In this document: piece after piece, positions 24,836 through 38,929 of the stretch
Layout: every line of letters starts with the position of its first letter
Position numbering within the stretch: the stretch's first letter is position 1
Assembly: GCA_030390025.1 (NCBI GenBank)
Contig: CM059453.1
Location: forward strand, 5,952,001-6,016,000
Length of the DNA stretch: 64,000 nucleotides
Source of the DNA: Squalus acanthias
Lineage: Eukaryota
Direction of reading: 5' to 3'
The notes under the pieces: model-generated
The model's input: only the letters and a program-made list of their open reading frames with translations
Databases searched by the model: none
Told to the model about the DNA's origin: nothing
Translations under genes and position numbers: made by a program

Positions 24836-27800
24836 GTATTGGAATAGTTATGGAAAAAGAAAAGTTGCAATCAAACGTGAAAATATTTAACTGCAGGCCA
24901 GGCTAACATCTGTGAGATAAAAAGGTATCTGGCCCTGGTGGATTGGAGTAACACATTGCTGGCAAACAGCAATTTAAAAATGGGAGTCGCTAAAATGGGA
25001 ATCGGTATCGGCACAGTGTAGACACATTCCCATGAGGGGGAAAGGGACAGCATGCAAAGGTAGGGATCCCCGGATGGCTAAAGATATAGAGGTTAAAATG
25101 AGACAGAAAATGGAGGCTTATGACAATGGTAAGCTTAATAATACCTTAGGGAAACAAGCTGTATAAAGAAAGTACAGAGATCTAAAAAATGGAATACAAC
25201 GGGCAAAGAGAGATTATGAGCGTAGATTTTCGGCTAAAATAATAGGAATCCAAACAATCTTAAAAAATAAACACAAATCTTAAACGGATAGGCAAAGGAA
25301 GGGTGTGGCTGTAGAGCGACTAAAAAGGAGTTCTTCTTGTGGAGGCAGAGACCGTGGCTGAAGTGCCACAGAAGAGGATGCTGCCAACGGAGAACGAAAG
25401 GAGGAGCCAGTAGAGATATTGGACAGGATAAAAATAGATAAAGAGGAGGTAAACAAAAGGTTGGCAGCCCTCAAAGTAGAAAAGTCATCTGGTTCGGATG
25501 GGATGCATCCTAGGTGACTGAGAGAAGTGTGGATGGAACCTGCTGTGGTTCAGGCCTCAATCTTCCCATCTCCCTTGGAGATGGGGGTGATGGCATAGGA
25601 CTGGATGATTGCAAATGTTACATTCCTGTTTAGAAAAGGGGAAACGAATATACCCAGCTATTAGAATCCAGTCTGCCTAATGCCGGTGTTGGGGAATTTT
25701 TAATGACAATAATCCGGGACAAAATTAATAGGTATTTCGAAAGAGATGGGCTAAACAATGTAAGTCAGCACAAATTTGTTAATAGTGTTTGACTAATTTG
25801 ATCGAGTTCGTTGATGAAGTAACAGAGGTTTGATGAGGGTTGTGAGTTGATGTTGTGCACATGGATTTTTAAAAGGAGTTTGTGCATTGCCACATAATAG
25901 ACTTGTTAGAAAGATTAAAGCCCATGGGATTAAAGGCAAAGTGGCAGCTTGGATTCATACATGCTTAACCGCAAGCTATTGATAAGGCACTGCAAGCAGT
26001 TAGGAAGGCATATGGCATGTTGGCCTTCATTGCAAAGGGTTAGGAGTATAAGAGTAAGAACGACTTGCTACAATGTTGCAGGGCTTTGCTGCGACCACAC
26101 ATGGAGTACTTTGCACAGATTTGGTCTCCTGATCTGAAAAAGGACATATACGTTTTAGAGGCGGTGCAACAAAGGTTCAGTAGATTGATCCCTGGGATGA
26201 CCAGTTTGTACTATCAGGAGAGATTGAGTAGAGTAGGCCTATACGCTCTGTAGTTTAGAAGAATGAGAGGAAAGCTCATTGCAAATATAAGATTATCAGG
26301 GGGATTATCAGGGTTGATTTTGAGTGGTTGTTTCCCCTGGCTGGAGAGACTAGAACACTGGAGCATAGCCTCAGGATAAGGGGTGGATCGTTTAAGACTG
26401 AGAGGAGGAGGAATTTCATAGCTCAGAGATTTGGGACACTTTGGAATTCTCTACCCGATGGGGTGTGGATGCTGAGTTGTTGAGTATATTCAAGGCTGAG
26501 ATAGATAGATAGACTTTTGGACTACACGGGAATCAAAGGATATGGCGATCAGGCGATAAAGTGGAGTTGAGGTCGAAGTTCATCCATGATCTTATTGAAT
26601 GGCCAACTCCTGCTCCAATTCTTATGTTCTTCTGTTAAGCAGTGGAAGCAGCATGCGATAGGCAGGGCTACGTTATCCCAACACCAGTGATCAGCTCAAA
26701 GCTCTGATGTCCTATCACTTCCGCTAATGAATCATCATGGACAATTTATCAATGAATGGGGAATTGGAATCTCCACTGTAATCTCCATCCTCAATGGTGA
26801 CAGAATGCAAATACAAGGCTGAAGCGTCTGCATCTATATTCGACCAGAAATGGCAAACGGATGAAACCTCTCGGTCTCATTCTGAGGTCCAAACCCATCA
26901 CAAATGTCCGTCATCTGCCAGTTCAGTTCACACACGTTACGTCAAGAAACAGCGGAGTGCACTGGACAGATCAAAGGCTATGCGCCCTGAGAGTACCCCT
27001 GCTGTAGTGCTGACGAACTCGGCTTCAGAACAAGCCACGCACACGGCTAAGCTGTTCCAGTACAGCTACAACACTGGCATTTACCCGACCAGATATCTAG
27101 GATATAAATGTTATCTATGATATATATCTAGGATACGTGCTTCCAACCACTGGTGGGTTTTCCTTGCTTCACGCTTGTGTCTGTGCTGCTCCAATAGATG
27201 GAAATTGCTTGAAGTGATTAGTCAAGAACCCCATCATTTTATCAGGCGCCTATGAGCATTTACGAAGGTGAACTTGATGGACATTTGCTTTGTTCATCTC
27301 GCAATACCTATGTTCCGAAAATGCTGTTCTTTTCATTAGAGTAAAGAATTTTAATAGACAATCTGAAAATACCATTCAAATTTACAAGGGAGTTACAGAT
27401 AATTAACAGAGTGAAACTTTTTTTCACGAGTTGACATTTGGGTAACTGTATGGTATCATTGTAAAATCATCAACAAACGAACAAGGGGAATAGGTTAGAT
27501 TTTTTTATGTTTCACACAGAAAGATCTTAGGACGCTGAATGCTTACCAGAAAATTGTTGGAACAAGAATCCATGTTATATTTGATAAAGGAATTGGATTT
27601 ATCTATAATAGGAAGCAGGGGGGCGGGATAAGTAAGGGAAATGGCAAGTAAATGGGAATAAGTCTTTCAGAATGCCAACACAGATATGACGTGTCGAATA
27701 GCATCCTATTCTGATGTAAAATACGAACATTGTATTATTTTTAAATTAAGAATTATTTCAGTCACTGTATTCCAGGAAGATGGTGATCGTTCCGCAAACG

Positions 27801-28059
27801 TACTTTCTCACACGTCGAAATATAAATTTTTATATTCAATATGCACCTAACATTGATGGACCGTTGCAAAAATATTGTATGGATTTATACTGTTGCAATC
27901 GATGTTTTTTCACTGATCTTTACTGAGGTTATTAGAGCCTGCTGTCCAGCGAGGGGGACGTTTAAATTAACGTCTTGCTTCTCAGCTGTACCGTGTATAT
28001 TGGGCTAGAAAGGGTGATTTTGTAGAAGGCGCTTCAATGCGTTATCCACTTTAATATAC

Positions 28060-29036
28060 TATTTACAATCTACATTCATGAGTTGGATGAAGGGTCCGAG
28101 TTTGCGGACGATACAAAGATGGGTGGGAAAACAAGTTGAGCAGAGGACTCAAAGAATCTGCAAAGGGATATAGACAGGCTAAGTGAGTAGGAAAACATTT
28201 GGCAGAGGCGTATAATGTGGGAAAGTGCGAGTTTATCCACTTTTGCAGGAAAAAAAAAATATATATATTATTTAAATGTAGAGAGATTACACAATGCTAC
28301 ATTTCAGAGGGACCTGGGTGTCCTTGTGCATGAAACACATAAATTTAGCGTGAAGGTACAGCAAGTAATCAAAAAGGCAAATGGAATGTTGGCCTTTACT
28401 GCAAGGGGGTTGGAGTATGAAAGCAGGGAAGTCCTGCTACATCTGTATAGGGTATTGGTGAGACCACACCTTGAGTACTGCGTACATTTTCGGTCTCCTT
28501 ATTTGAGGAAGGATATACTTTCATTGGAGGCAGTTCAGAGACGATTCACACGGTTGATTCCTGAGATGAGGGGGCTGACATATGAAGAAAGGTTGAGCAG
28601 GTTGGGCCTCTACTCATTGGAATTTAGAAGAATGAGAGGTGATCGTATTGAAACATATAAGATGCTGAGGGGGCTCGACTAGGTAGATGTAGAGAGGATG
28701 TTTCCCCTCGTGGGGAAATCTAGAATTCGGGGGCGTAGTCTCAGAATACAGGATCGCCCTTTTAGAACTGAGATGAGGAGGAATTTCTTCTCTCAGTGGG
28801 TTGTAAATCTATGGATTTCTCTGCCCCAGAGAGCCGTGGAGGTTGGGTCATTAAAAACATTTAAGGTGGAGATAGACAGATTTTTGCAAGATAAGGGAGT
28901 GAAGGGTTAGGGGAGCGGGCAGGGAAGTGGATTTCAGCCTAAGATCAGCCATGATCTTATTGAATGGAGGAGCAGGCTCGAAGGGCTAAGTAGCCTATTC
29001 CTGCTGCTATTTCTTATGTTCTTATGTTCTTATGTT
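28060..29036 (+). mobile_element. 5'-truncated CR1
   Basis: ORFs 28215-28682 and 28698-28910 are the CR1 ORF2 C-terminus; tail (ttcttatg)x3. Confidence 0.88.
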
Positions 29037-29279
29037 CTACAGTTGATACCTTCCGAACACTTACAGTCGAGACTTATGAGTGTTAACTGAAAAAATGCTA
29101 AACGATTAAACACCAAATAGAGATTAAATCCTCCCACACTCAAAAGCCTTATTCCCAAAGGGAAACTACAGCACACAGTTCAAGGACTATAGTCATATGC
29201 CAACTGACAAAGTGTGACACGCGGAACAATATTATTAGAATTCAGTTCTTGAATTGGCAGAGGACCGTCACCACGCGTA

Positions 29280-29810
29280 GGACAGGACAAAGATATCCGC
29301 GCCCGAGTGAACCTGAAGAAGCAGCATGTGGTGCCCGCCTGTCAGTTTGAGGCCTTCCATGCCGGGTGGGCTCCACAGGAACTAGAGTGTGTGGTCGAAA
29401 CAGGAAACAATATTATTATTTAAATTGTTAACTTTCCGGTATCATTTCTATGATTTGGGTGTTTATTATTTGTGCACCTCTGCAAAAGGGGTCTATTTTT
29501 AGATTGATTTTACCGGGTTGGTGACAGTGGGTCAACCCAGTGTGTCCATAAGGTGCAATTAAAATACATAGAATGACAGCAGCTACTTCTGCGGCTTTGT
29601 CCACGCCCTGGTAGCCCTGCAGAGGGAGCACGAGAGGTTTGCCAGCACGCTTGAGGCCTTGCTCAACCAGTGGGCACTGCAGTGTCCGGAGTACGTCGCA
29701 GAGACGGGAAATAATATTATTATTTCATTTGCTAAGTATCGTTTCATATTTTATGATTTGGATTTAATTAGTTGTACCCCTTCAAAACGGGCGTATTTTT
29801 GCTTGTTCTT
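29280..29810 (+). repeat. Tandem pair of LINE (Tx1-like) 3'-end remnants just upstream of GPCR copy 2
   Basis: Two diverged direct copies share ttgaggcctt..gtggg, ggaaa..aatattattattt and atgattt..gg..tttatt..tgt.ccc. The family call is from memory. Confidence 0.4.
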
Positions 29811-30003
29811 TGTTTGATGACGCCAGTTTCACTTATACAGTAGAAGAAAAACATCTCGCTTAGTTTGTTTGTCCAAGGGAGTGGAACTAACATCAGCAAT
29901 GATGTGACCTAATTGTCTCACTGGAGGCTTCCGTGATATATATATTGACTCTGCGGCAAACCAGGTGTTGAGGCTGTTGAGACGCAATCGCTTCTGACAG
30001 AAA

Positions 30004-30073
30004 ATGCATGAGCCAGTAACTGGTCCGGTGTATGCTGTTTATTATCCAATTCTTGCCGTTCTTGGTGTCCCAG
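30004..30073 (+). CDS. GPR139-like copy 2, exon 1 (MHEPVTGPVYAVYYPILAVLGVP)
   Basis: 70-nt ATG exon with G|gtaaat donor; TATA-like run at ~29936-29946. Confidence 0.88.
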
Positions 30074-30519
30074 GTAAATTGTAATCTTAATAGTCGTGCA
30101 AACATGTTTTATACTGCATCATTGTTCTTGCAACGTGTCTGGTAACTTAATCTGTCTGAGTGGATGTGTTTGCTAAATAGTCATCTATTCTGTGGTACCC
30201 GCTCAATGGCTAAGTTATCAGAATTTATTTATACAATATAATATTTTATGTAAATTATACTTATTTCCGCTCCAACAGAGACAGCATTTTTCAAAGTCTT
30301 CTTCAAACGACTTGCTATCTCATATCTAGAATCAGCCGTGGGAACACATTTAAGTGTGTGTTGCTATGTTGCTGCGCTTCGCCAATGGCTGCAAATCGAT
30401 ATACAGATTGCAAATGCAGGGGTGAGGAATATTGATCTTTAAACTGTTTCACCATATTGGCCAAAGATTGACCGCCGATCAAGTGCATCGGTGCGGAGCT
30501 CGCCATTCTACCCCACTGT

Positions 30520-30990
30520 CAGCAGTGGCCCAGTTGGTATTACTCTGGCCCATTAGTGAAAAGGTTGTGAGTTTAAGTCCCACTCCAGGGACTGGAACAC
30601 AACAATCTGGGCTGACCCTCCCGTGCAGCACTGAGGGAGTGCCTCACCGTCAGAGGTGCCATCTTTGGGACGTGAAGTTAAACCGAGGCCTCGGCTGCAC
30701 TCGCAGGTGAGTGTAAATGATCCCATGCCATTATTTCGAACAGGAGTAGGGGAATTCTCCTCACTGGCCTGGCCAATATTTATCCCTCAGTCAACATCAC
30801 TAATACAGATGATCCTGTCATTATCACATTGCTGTTTGTGGCATCGTGTTGCTTGCAAATTGGCTGCCGCGTTTCATACATTACAACAGTGACTACATTT
30901 CAAAGGGTACTTCACTGGCTGTAATAAGCTTTGGGAATTCCCGAGGTCGTGAAAGTCGCTATATAAATGTTAGGCTTTCTTTTATTTCTT
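30520..30990 (+). mobile_element. tRNA-derived DeuSINE (SacSINE1-like)
   Basis: Pol III A/B-box-like head (cagttggta..gtttaagtccc), conserved core, and L2-like tail gctatataaat. Confidence 0.75.
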
Positions 30991-32064
30991 TTCTGTTATT
31001 GGTGTAAACTATTAAAATAATTAGAATAGAAAAGAACAAAATTTCCATCGTATTTACTGTACATCTGACGTAAAATGTATTCGAGCTTATTTTGAAATAA
31101 TATCGGGAAATACATTCATCTGACTACAGCTACCATATCTACCTTTCTCCTCCTCCTTTTCCTCTTTCGCTATCGATTTCTCGTCTCCCTTTCTTTTGCT
31201 GTACCTCCTTATTTCGATCTATCTTTCCCTCTCTCTACTATACGTTTTTGTAAAGGATGCCATCATGTTTCAATCGGATTGCAATGCGATGTGAAATGCT
31301 TAAAACCTGTTTGTAATACAACAATTTTTCATCCGAATCGCGAGTTAACTATTTAGTTATGGCGCGTAAGTTCTAATTCAGTCCTGCAGTAACGTTTTTC
31401 AACCAACAGCTTGGACAAAGCAGGCGAGTTCCTCTTTAATTTGATCATTATTGGCTGCCGTACAATTAACAATTATTTCAGTCCAAATAGTACTTTACTG
31501 GCTGAAGTCTTTGATTTGCATTGGGGGACATATGTAATTGAAAGAGCTAGTTATTATTTGGTAATCTGCATGTTATTGTCGATGGTGCCAACAAATAATG
31601 TAAATATTTGTTCAACGATAATAAGCAATTCCTTTCTACTGTCCCCTTCTGCTCTGTTGTCAGGTCCCATAGCCGCTGTCAGCCTTCAGATATATGTCCG
31701 CCTGTTATTCATGTGCCTCCATGATAGGCAGATTAAACAATCTATTGATCATAGAGGACATTTAATTGATCAGCCAAGTCATATTTTCAACAGACTCTCA
31801 AACTCAGGCATTTTCCACTCGTGTTGGCCATAGTAAGCCCATTGATTAATGTTACTACCTCCGCTGGAAGTTTGAGTCTGGCTGTGGCACTTGCATCCCA
31901 TCCTCTGAGAGCTACGGACGGATTAGAAGAGGAAGACTCCTAAACATTCCATAACTGCGTAACTCATTCTAACATTAGACATGATACTTGCTCACTAACC
32001 CATCAATAATGCTCAGGAAAATTAAGCTTACTTACAATATATCCTGCATGCCTGTATGTCAGTC

Positions 32065-32530
32065 TTTGCTCAGTTGGTAGCACCCTTGCCTCTCAGTCAG
32101 AAGGTTGTGGATTCATAGTCCCACTCCAGAGACTTGAGCAGAACAATTCTAGGCTGCCACTCCATTGTAATACTGAGGGAGTGCTGCACTGTCAGAGGTG
32201 CCGTCTTTTGGACGAGGCGTTAAACCGAGGCCCAGTCTGCTCTCTCAGTTGGATCCAAAAGAACTCACGACACTATTTCGAAGAAGAGCAGGGGAGTTAT
32301 CCCCTTTATCCTGGCCAATATTATCCCTCAAATCAACATCACTAAAGCAAATTATCCGGTCATTACCACGTTGCTGTTTGTGGGAGCTTGCAGCACACAT
32401 ATTGGCTGCCGCGTTTCCTACATTAGAACAGTCACCGCATTATAAAAAAAAAGTATGTCATTGGCTGCAAAGCGCTTTGGGACGTACGATGGTCGTGAAA
32501 GGCGCTATATAAATGCAAGTCTTTCTTTTT
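32065..32530 (+). mobile_element. tRNA-derived DeuSINE (SacSINE1-like)
   Basis: gctcagttggtagca head; tail gaaaggcgctatataaatgcaagtc. Confidence 0.8.
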
Positions 32531-33194
32531 TTCGTTTTTCATATTGAGACATATATATTTTATCGATTAATTTTAAAGGGCAGTTCAGCGCATTTAGTCT
32601 TATGGATCAGATTTACATCACCCCATCAAGTAAAAGATTGGAAAACAAAAACGACAAAGGCGTTTGTCGCTTGGTATAATCAGTGATGTGTCCAATGCCC
32701 TGAGATCTGGAGACCACGGGTGGTCAGTCAGCGGCCCTCTCCTCATCCCTAAACCATCCTGCCTTATCTGCAGCCACGGTCCGAATTCACTCGCTTCAGT
32801 CCACCCGCCACTGTTCAATGTCCGTTTCACCTGCGTTCCCGGCGTTCCCGGTGTCTGTCCTTCACTAAGTTTTCTGTTTATATCGGGGTTTTCCAGCTTT
32901 ATCGTTCATTAATTGTATTGTTAATCTCAAACTCGCTTTCTATTGAATTGTATTTCATTCCATCAACTTATTTAAGGTGCATTTTTCTAGATTTTATTAT
33001 TTATATGGAAGTTTTTATTGAAATTAATTTTTTGGCACTCAAGTTGGCATATCATAACTCATTTTTAAATTTATTTTAAAGCTCATTGCTCTTCCAATAG
33101 TAGCGCCAGATGTCACTTGCTAATCAGTTCTGCTTCTTCTTATGAATATGTCTTGTTACATGAACGTACCTAGTCTATATTTTTAATAGGAACA

Positions 33195-33515
33195 GAAATA
33201 ATATAGCCCCTCTGAGGAACTTAGGGTGTCCTAAAGCGCTTTGCAGCCACTTTTCAAGTGTCATAACTGTTGCAATGTACGGAAAGACTGCAGCCAATTT
33301 GCACACAGCAAGGTCCCACAAACAGAAATGAGACAATGACCAGATAATTGGGTTTAGTGATATTGATTTAGGGAGACATATCGGCCAGGACACCGGGGAG
33401 TGCAGCATTCCCTTAGAATCAGCCGAAATGATGTGCTCAAATCTTTGGATTTGGACATGAAACTTCAAACTTCTGACTTAGAGGCTGCTGTGCTTCCCAC
33501 TGAGCCTCGGCTCAC
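33195..33515 (-). mobile_element. DeuSINE, internally deleted
   Basis: Reverse-strand similarity to 32065-32530. Confidence 0.65.
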
Positions 33516-33668
33516 ACTGTGTCAATTTGCAAACTACTTTAATGGCTATTAGGTTCCATGCAGAATGCAATGACAAGTTCTGCAGGGAACACCTACTGGT
33601 AGCAAACTGGGACATTCCCTTAAAGTCTGGCCATAATTAATTGTCTTGTTTTTTCCCCTCCCCTGCAG

Positions 33669-34570
33669 TTAACATGGTGGCGATTGCGATCCTGTCCCGG
33701 GGAAAGTGCGGACTCTCCAAATGTATCACATGCTACCTAGTGGCCATGGCAGCGGCGGATCTAGTGGTTGTCGTCACTGGCGTCATACTCAATCGGATCA
33801 TCGACATTTACGTTCCCGGAAGTTATCTGTTGCTTACTCCGGTATGTCGGGCCAAAACCGCCCTAGTTTATGCAACCAGAGACATTTCTGTCTGGTTAAC
33901 TGTCGCTTTTACCTTCGATCGCTTTATAGCCATTTGTTGCCAGAAGCTGAAAACCAAATATTGCACCAAGCAAACGGCAGCTGCGGTTGTCGGCACGGTG
34001 CTCACTCTGAGCTGTTTCAAAAACATCCCCTGGTATTTCGTGTATGATCCTCTGTACATAATTAACAATTTGCCGTGGTATTGCCGGATACGACCAATCT
34101 TTTATATTTCACACCTTTGGCTAGCCTTTTCTTTTTTCGACTGCATAGCGACTCCTTTCCTGCCATTTTTCATTATTTTGCTACTCAATGCTCTGACCGT
34201 GAGATATATATTAGTGGCCAGTAGAGTCCGCAAGGGATTGCGGGGCAACACCAGCACTGGAAATAATCCTGATCCTGAGATGGAAAACCGGAGAAAATCC
34301 ATCGTTTTACTCTTCAGTATATCCGGCAATTTTATATTGTTATGGCTGACATACACAGTCCATTACTTGTATTATCGAATTACTAATACCTATTCTTACA
34401 CAGGTTACAATGACCCGGTTTATATCCTTCAAGAAACCGGATATATGCTCCTGCTTTTGAGCTGCTGCACGAACACCTTTATTTATGCAGTGACCCAGAG
34501 TAAATTCAGAGAGGAGTTTATGAAAATGGTGAAATATCCAGTGAATCAAATTGTTACGTTTTTGAAATAA
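33669..34570 (+). CDS. GPR139/GPR142-like class A GPCR, copy 2, exon 2
   Basis: cccctgcag| acceptor and intact 7TM frame (FDRFIAIC, SCCTNTFIY); 323 aa when spliced. Confidence 0.9.
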
Positions 34571-35469
34571 TTAGAACAGCTCTGTAATTGTTGGTATTAT
34601 AAATCAAATTGTCAGATACAATGCATCATCTTGTAGATTTTCCTTTAATTTGCAGTCAGTGGCAAATCAAAGGCGCTCGCCGCTGGCCCTGAAGAAAGCA
34701 CCCACAAAGATCTTGCGATCCGCGTAGCGAGAAGTTAGCCTTTTTCGTTGTTCCATTGAAAACAGCACTCTGTCGTGGGGATTCCGAGTGCGACGCTGCC
34801 GTGACGTCACAAAGATGTCTAAGCAGCCAATCACATTGCTTAGTTCTCAAAGACAGGAAAGCAGGAAATGAGAAGTTGCTTTTTTCCCGATTTAAAAAAA
34901 AATTGCGTAGAGCGAAATAAAGATTGGGACTATCACATGGGGTTAAGGTAAAAGCTGAAATATCATGAACAATCTTTAAAAAAAAATAATGTTTTTTTTA
35001 TTGTTATTTTTATCACTATGGAGAAATTTGAAACTCCATAAATATAAAAAATAATCAATACGCTGATAAAACACCAGTTACATCTATTGCAACAAGGCCG
35101 AACATTTACTGGGGTATTCAACAGCGATATTAGCGCAGAAAAGCCCAGGTTTTCGTCAGTTTTACTGATTTCCCTGATTGCACTGATTGTCGGCTATGGG
35201 ATGGGGGCAGTGGGTTTGCGGAGGCAGAGCGCAGTCAGTGTCGGAGCAGTGAACGACTGACCGCAACTTCAGGATTTCCGCAGTCCGATGCGCATGCACT
35301 ACATCCTGAAGTTGCGGCCAGTTTCACAGTGGTAATGCTGGCGAACGCTGTTATTTCGCCATCATTACACACTGCAAATTCTGGGCCAATATGTTTGCCT
35401 ATTTCCAGGGGTTCCATTTGTGCTTCTTCATGTGGCTCAATGCAGTCCCATGTAAATCAAAGAATTAAG

Positions 35470-35915
35470 GAAGACTTGCATTTCTATAGCGCCTTTCACG
35501 ACCAGCGGACATCCCAAAGATCTTTACAGCCAATTAAGTACCTTTTCAAGTGAAATCACTGTTGTAATGTAGGAAATGCGGCAGCCAATTTGCACACAGC
35601 TCGCTCCCACAAAAAGCAATGTGATAATGACCAGATACTTAAGTTTATTCGTTAATTGAGGGACAAATATTGGTCAGGACAATGGGGATAATTCCCCTGT
35701 TCTTCTCAGAAATATTGACATGTTTTTTTTTTTACATTCAGCCGCGAAAGCAGATAGGGCCTCAGTTTGACGTCTCATCCGAAAGACGGCACCTCCAACA
35801 GTGCAGCACTGGGCGTGTCAGCCTAGATTTCTGTACTCAAGTTTCTGGAGTTAGACTTGAAACAACAACCTTCTGACTCAGGCGACAGTGCTGCCAACAG
35901 AGCCACTGGCTGTCG
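35470..35915 (-). mobile_element. DeuSINE
   Basis: Reverse-strand similarity to 32065-32530. Confidence 0.75.
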
Positions 35916-37644
35916 CCTAAAGAATGCACAGGTATAAAGGCCGAGGGACATGTCGATTTCAGAAAATAACCAAAACAGTCTTAACGATTGGCTTTTTCAG
36001 ATATTTCAAGGATTAATATGATAGAGTTCCATGTACTCTCTATCACAATACGACCATGATTTTAATAATAATTCCATTGCTAGGGAATGATCAAGAGCAC
36101 TAGAAGGAAAAAAGTACTTTTACAATAATAGTAAAATAACAACCGCTCTGTTTATCGTGACATGATTTGGGTCGTCGGATGCCTACATGTGTGTAAACCC
36201 ACCACCATGCTTAAGCATTTCGAAATAAAATGACTGACAAATGTGCATTCATAGTGATTGCAGTTGCCTCTCATGGCGTTCACACAATCCTCGCACCAGT
36301 TTACCCGAGTTACTTACCTTAAGTGAGACCTGGTAAGATTCAAGGCTATGGTTTCCTCCAAGTTGTGACAGGGTGTTGCTGTTGTACAACTGGCAGAATC
36401 CACGGTGGAACGCTGCCTGTTCTATGTCTAGCTACCCTTTTAATGGCACAGATCCAATTGGCCAAATGACAGGGTATTTCTGTCTTAAGCTTCTCTGATA
36501 AGAAAATGAACTTGTTTTATTATATAATCCAAGTGTAGTCAGCCTGTACACATTCTGACATCACCTCTGCTTTAATTGTGGGTTCCGGTGCGAAAGTAAG
36601 AATTTTATTAAATATGCACCCTACTGCTCACTCTAGGCTATCAGTGTAGTTTATATGGCACTGATTTCCACCAGAAAATGAATCGACTACATCCCAAATG
36701 ACCGAAATACCTACAAACTGGTATGGACTGTGCACCCGTCAGTGCCTGCAACCCCAGATCGTTACAACACGAATGTTGAAATCCAAAGCAACAATGTCCT
36801 CCTGACAGTAGAGTGAGATGAAATTCCTCTGCTGGATATCTGCATTGATTTGTTTAATGGGGCAGGAACTCTGCTCGTTTGTGCACCAAAATCGTATATT
36901 CAATTGTCCACATAAATCGATGCGGCCTGAGCACGTTGAACGAATTATTTTATTTACAAACACGATCTCGAAGGACTGCATCCCATAGATACCTCTATTT
37001 GCAGGGAATGCTATGTTTGCATGAAAGGGATATTGACTACACTAGTTTGTGTGTTTTTTTAAGAAGTGACTTCGGACAGTAGAAATAAACACGCTTGCAG
37101 AAGATTAATTCGACAGAATTCATTTGCAGTACTTTAAAGATCGTGTGTGCATTGTCTGACTTAGAAAATATATGTGTTGTGAAGGAACTACTCTTATCCT
37201 AAACCTGTTCTAACTACAGTGACAGACGCAGCCATTTTTATAGCTAACCTTTGTTCATGAATGGTTGTCTCTGCTCAAGGATACCCTTCAACCATTCCTG
37301 CATCACTGTGCTATCTCAAGTTAGTTACAATTTAGGTTTCGTTTCCTTCAACAAGGAACATATGTTAACACGCATTTCCATGTCATTTTAAGTAAGCTAC
37401 AATTTCCCCATAAAAACATCTGTTTCACCTCTTATCTCTACAACATTAGATATTAGTTTTCATCACACAATCGTTTTAAGAATGACGATGCCAACACAAT
37501 TAAGGCATATCTTGAATGAGGTGATCCAGCTTATATTAATAGGACATAATTAAAAAGGCTGGTGCCTGCTGCAGTATGGGTCACTTTTAGTTCAAATGTT
37601 TAATGGCTACCATATCAGGCAAGTGTTTATATTCCTAGAACGGT

Positions 37645-38155
37645 GTAACAAAAACAATACATTCTGAAAAATCTCAGCAGGCCAGGCAATATCTGTGGAG
37701 AGAGAAACAGAGGTAGCATTTCAGGACGATGAACTTTCGTCAGAACTGGACAAAGTTAGAGATGTAGCTGGTTTTATCAAGTACAGAGGCAGGGAAAGTG
37801 GGGTAGGGAGGAAAGAACAAAAGACAAGGTCTGTGATCGGGTGCAGTGCAAGAGAGGTTAAATGACAAAAAGAATGATGGTGCAAGGCGAAAGGAGATGG
37901 TACTGGTGCAAGTAAAGAAACAAAAGATGAGTCTAGAGGAGGTGTAAAGGCGAATATTAGAATCAACAGCAACAGCTTCCGTCCAAAAAAATGGGGCAGT
38001 GCTTACGATCTGAAATTGTTGAACTCAATGTTGAGTCTAGAAGGCTGTAAAGTTACTAATAGAAAGATAAGGTGCTGTTCCTGTAGCTTACGTTGAGATT
38101 CATTGGAAGACTGTAGGAGGCAGAGGACAAGAAGATCACAGTGGGAAAGGGGTTA
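37645..38155 (-). mobile_element. Penelope-like 3' fragment with a degenerate hammerhead (CTGACGA...GAAA at ~37715-37748)
   Basis: Minus strand agttctgacgaaagttcatcgtcctgaaatgcta, followed by the pLTR motif ctctctccacagat..ctgctgag also seen in the palindrome. Confidence 0.6.
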
Positions 38156-38882
38156 AGAAAGAATGTACAAGAATAAGCATTTGCCCATCTACCATCTACC
38201 TGGGCCATATTAACCGGTTCATGCCTTGTAGTTGCGGGCATGACTGAACGTATCACGGATTGATGGGAGAGCACTGTCAAAGACCCGTTCTTCAGTGCAC
38301 TTTCATCAATGAGTTCACACATTGAAATGTAGCACTTGTAAAAATATCCTTTTTTCTCATCATCCAGAAACGGTTAACCAATGTGAGCGGGAGATGGTGG
38401 AACCAATCCACCAAACCAGTAGGCTGCATTGAGTTGGTAGCATGAAATCACATAACTTCACGTCACATCACTTAATGAGATGAACGTTAAAGCAAAGGTA
38501 AGACAATTTGTAAACGCTCTGTAATATTAATTATAGTTGGTTATCATTAATTGTGGAATAACTATCTGAAAAATGTAAATACATAGTTAAATAATTAAGT
38601 AAAGGTGATAGAAATTATGTAATTGCTAACTGATTCGAAATCAAGCTAAATCTTTTCATTAATTTTAATATAGACCTCTCGTGATTCTATTAATTCTAGA
38701 AACAAAGTATAGCGAACTAAAACACAAGTAAGTCTTCAGGATAAGCATTTGGATCGCGTATCTAAGGGGATACTAACAATAAATGGATCCAAAATTATAA
38801 TGAATAATTTTCTGGTATACATAAATATTTAATAATAAATAGGAGCTAAAGATGCACAAAGATAAGACATAAACAACAGAAG

Positions 38883-38888
<6 letters not shown>

Positions 38889-38927
<39 letters not shown>
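38889..38927 (+). repeat. (AC)n microsatellite
   Basis: About 19 perfect AC units. Confidence 0.95.

Positions 38928-38929
<2 letters not shown>

Larger units (their letters stand above)
22420..26635 (+). mobile_element. Near full-length degenerate CR1, interrupted by a Penelope palindrome
   Basis: ORF1 esterase remnants (VFHVxxNDVG), APE and RT remnants, and a 3' tail ttcttatgttctt. Confidence 0.8.
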
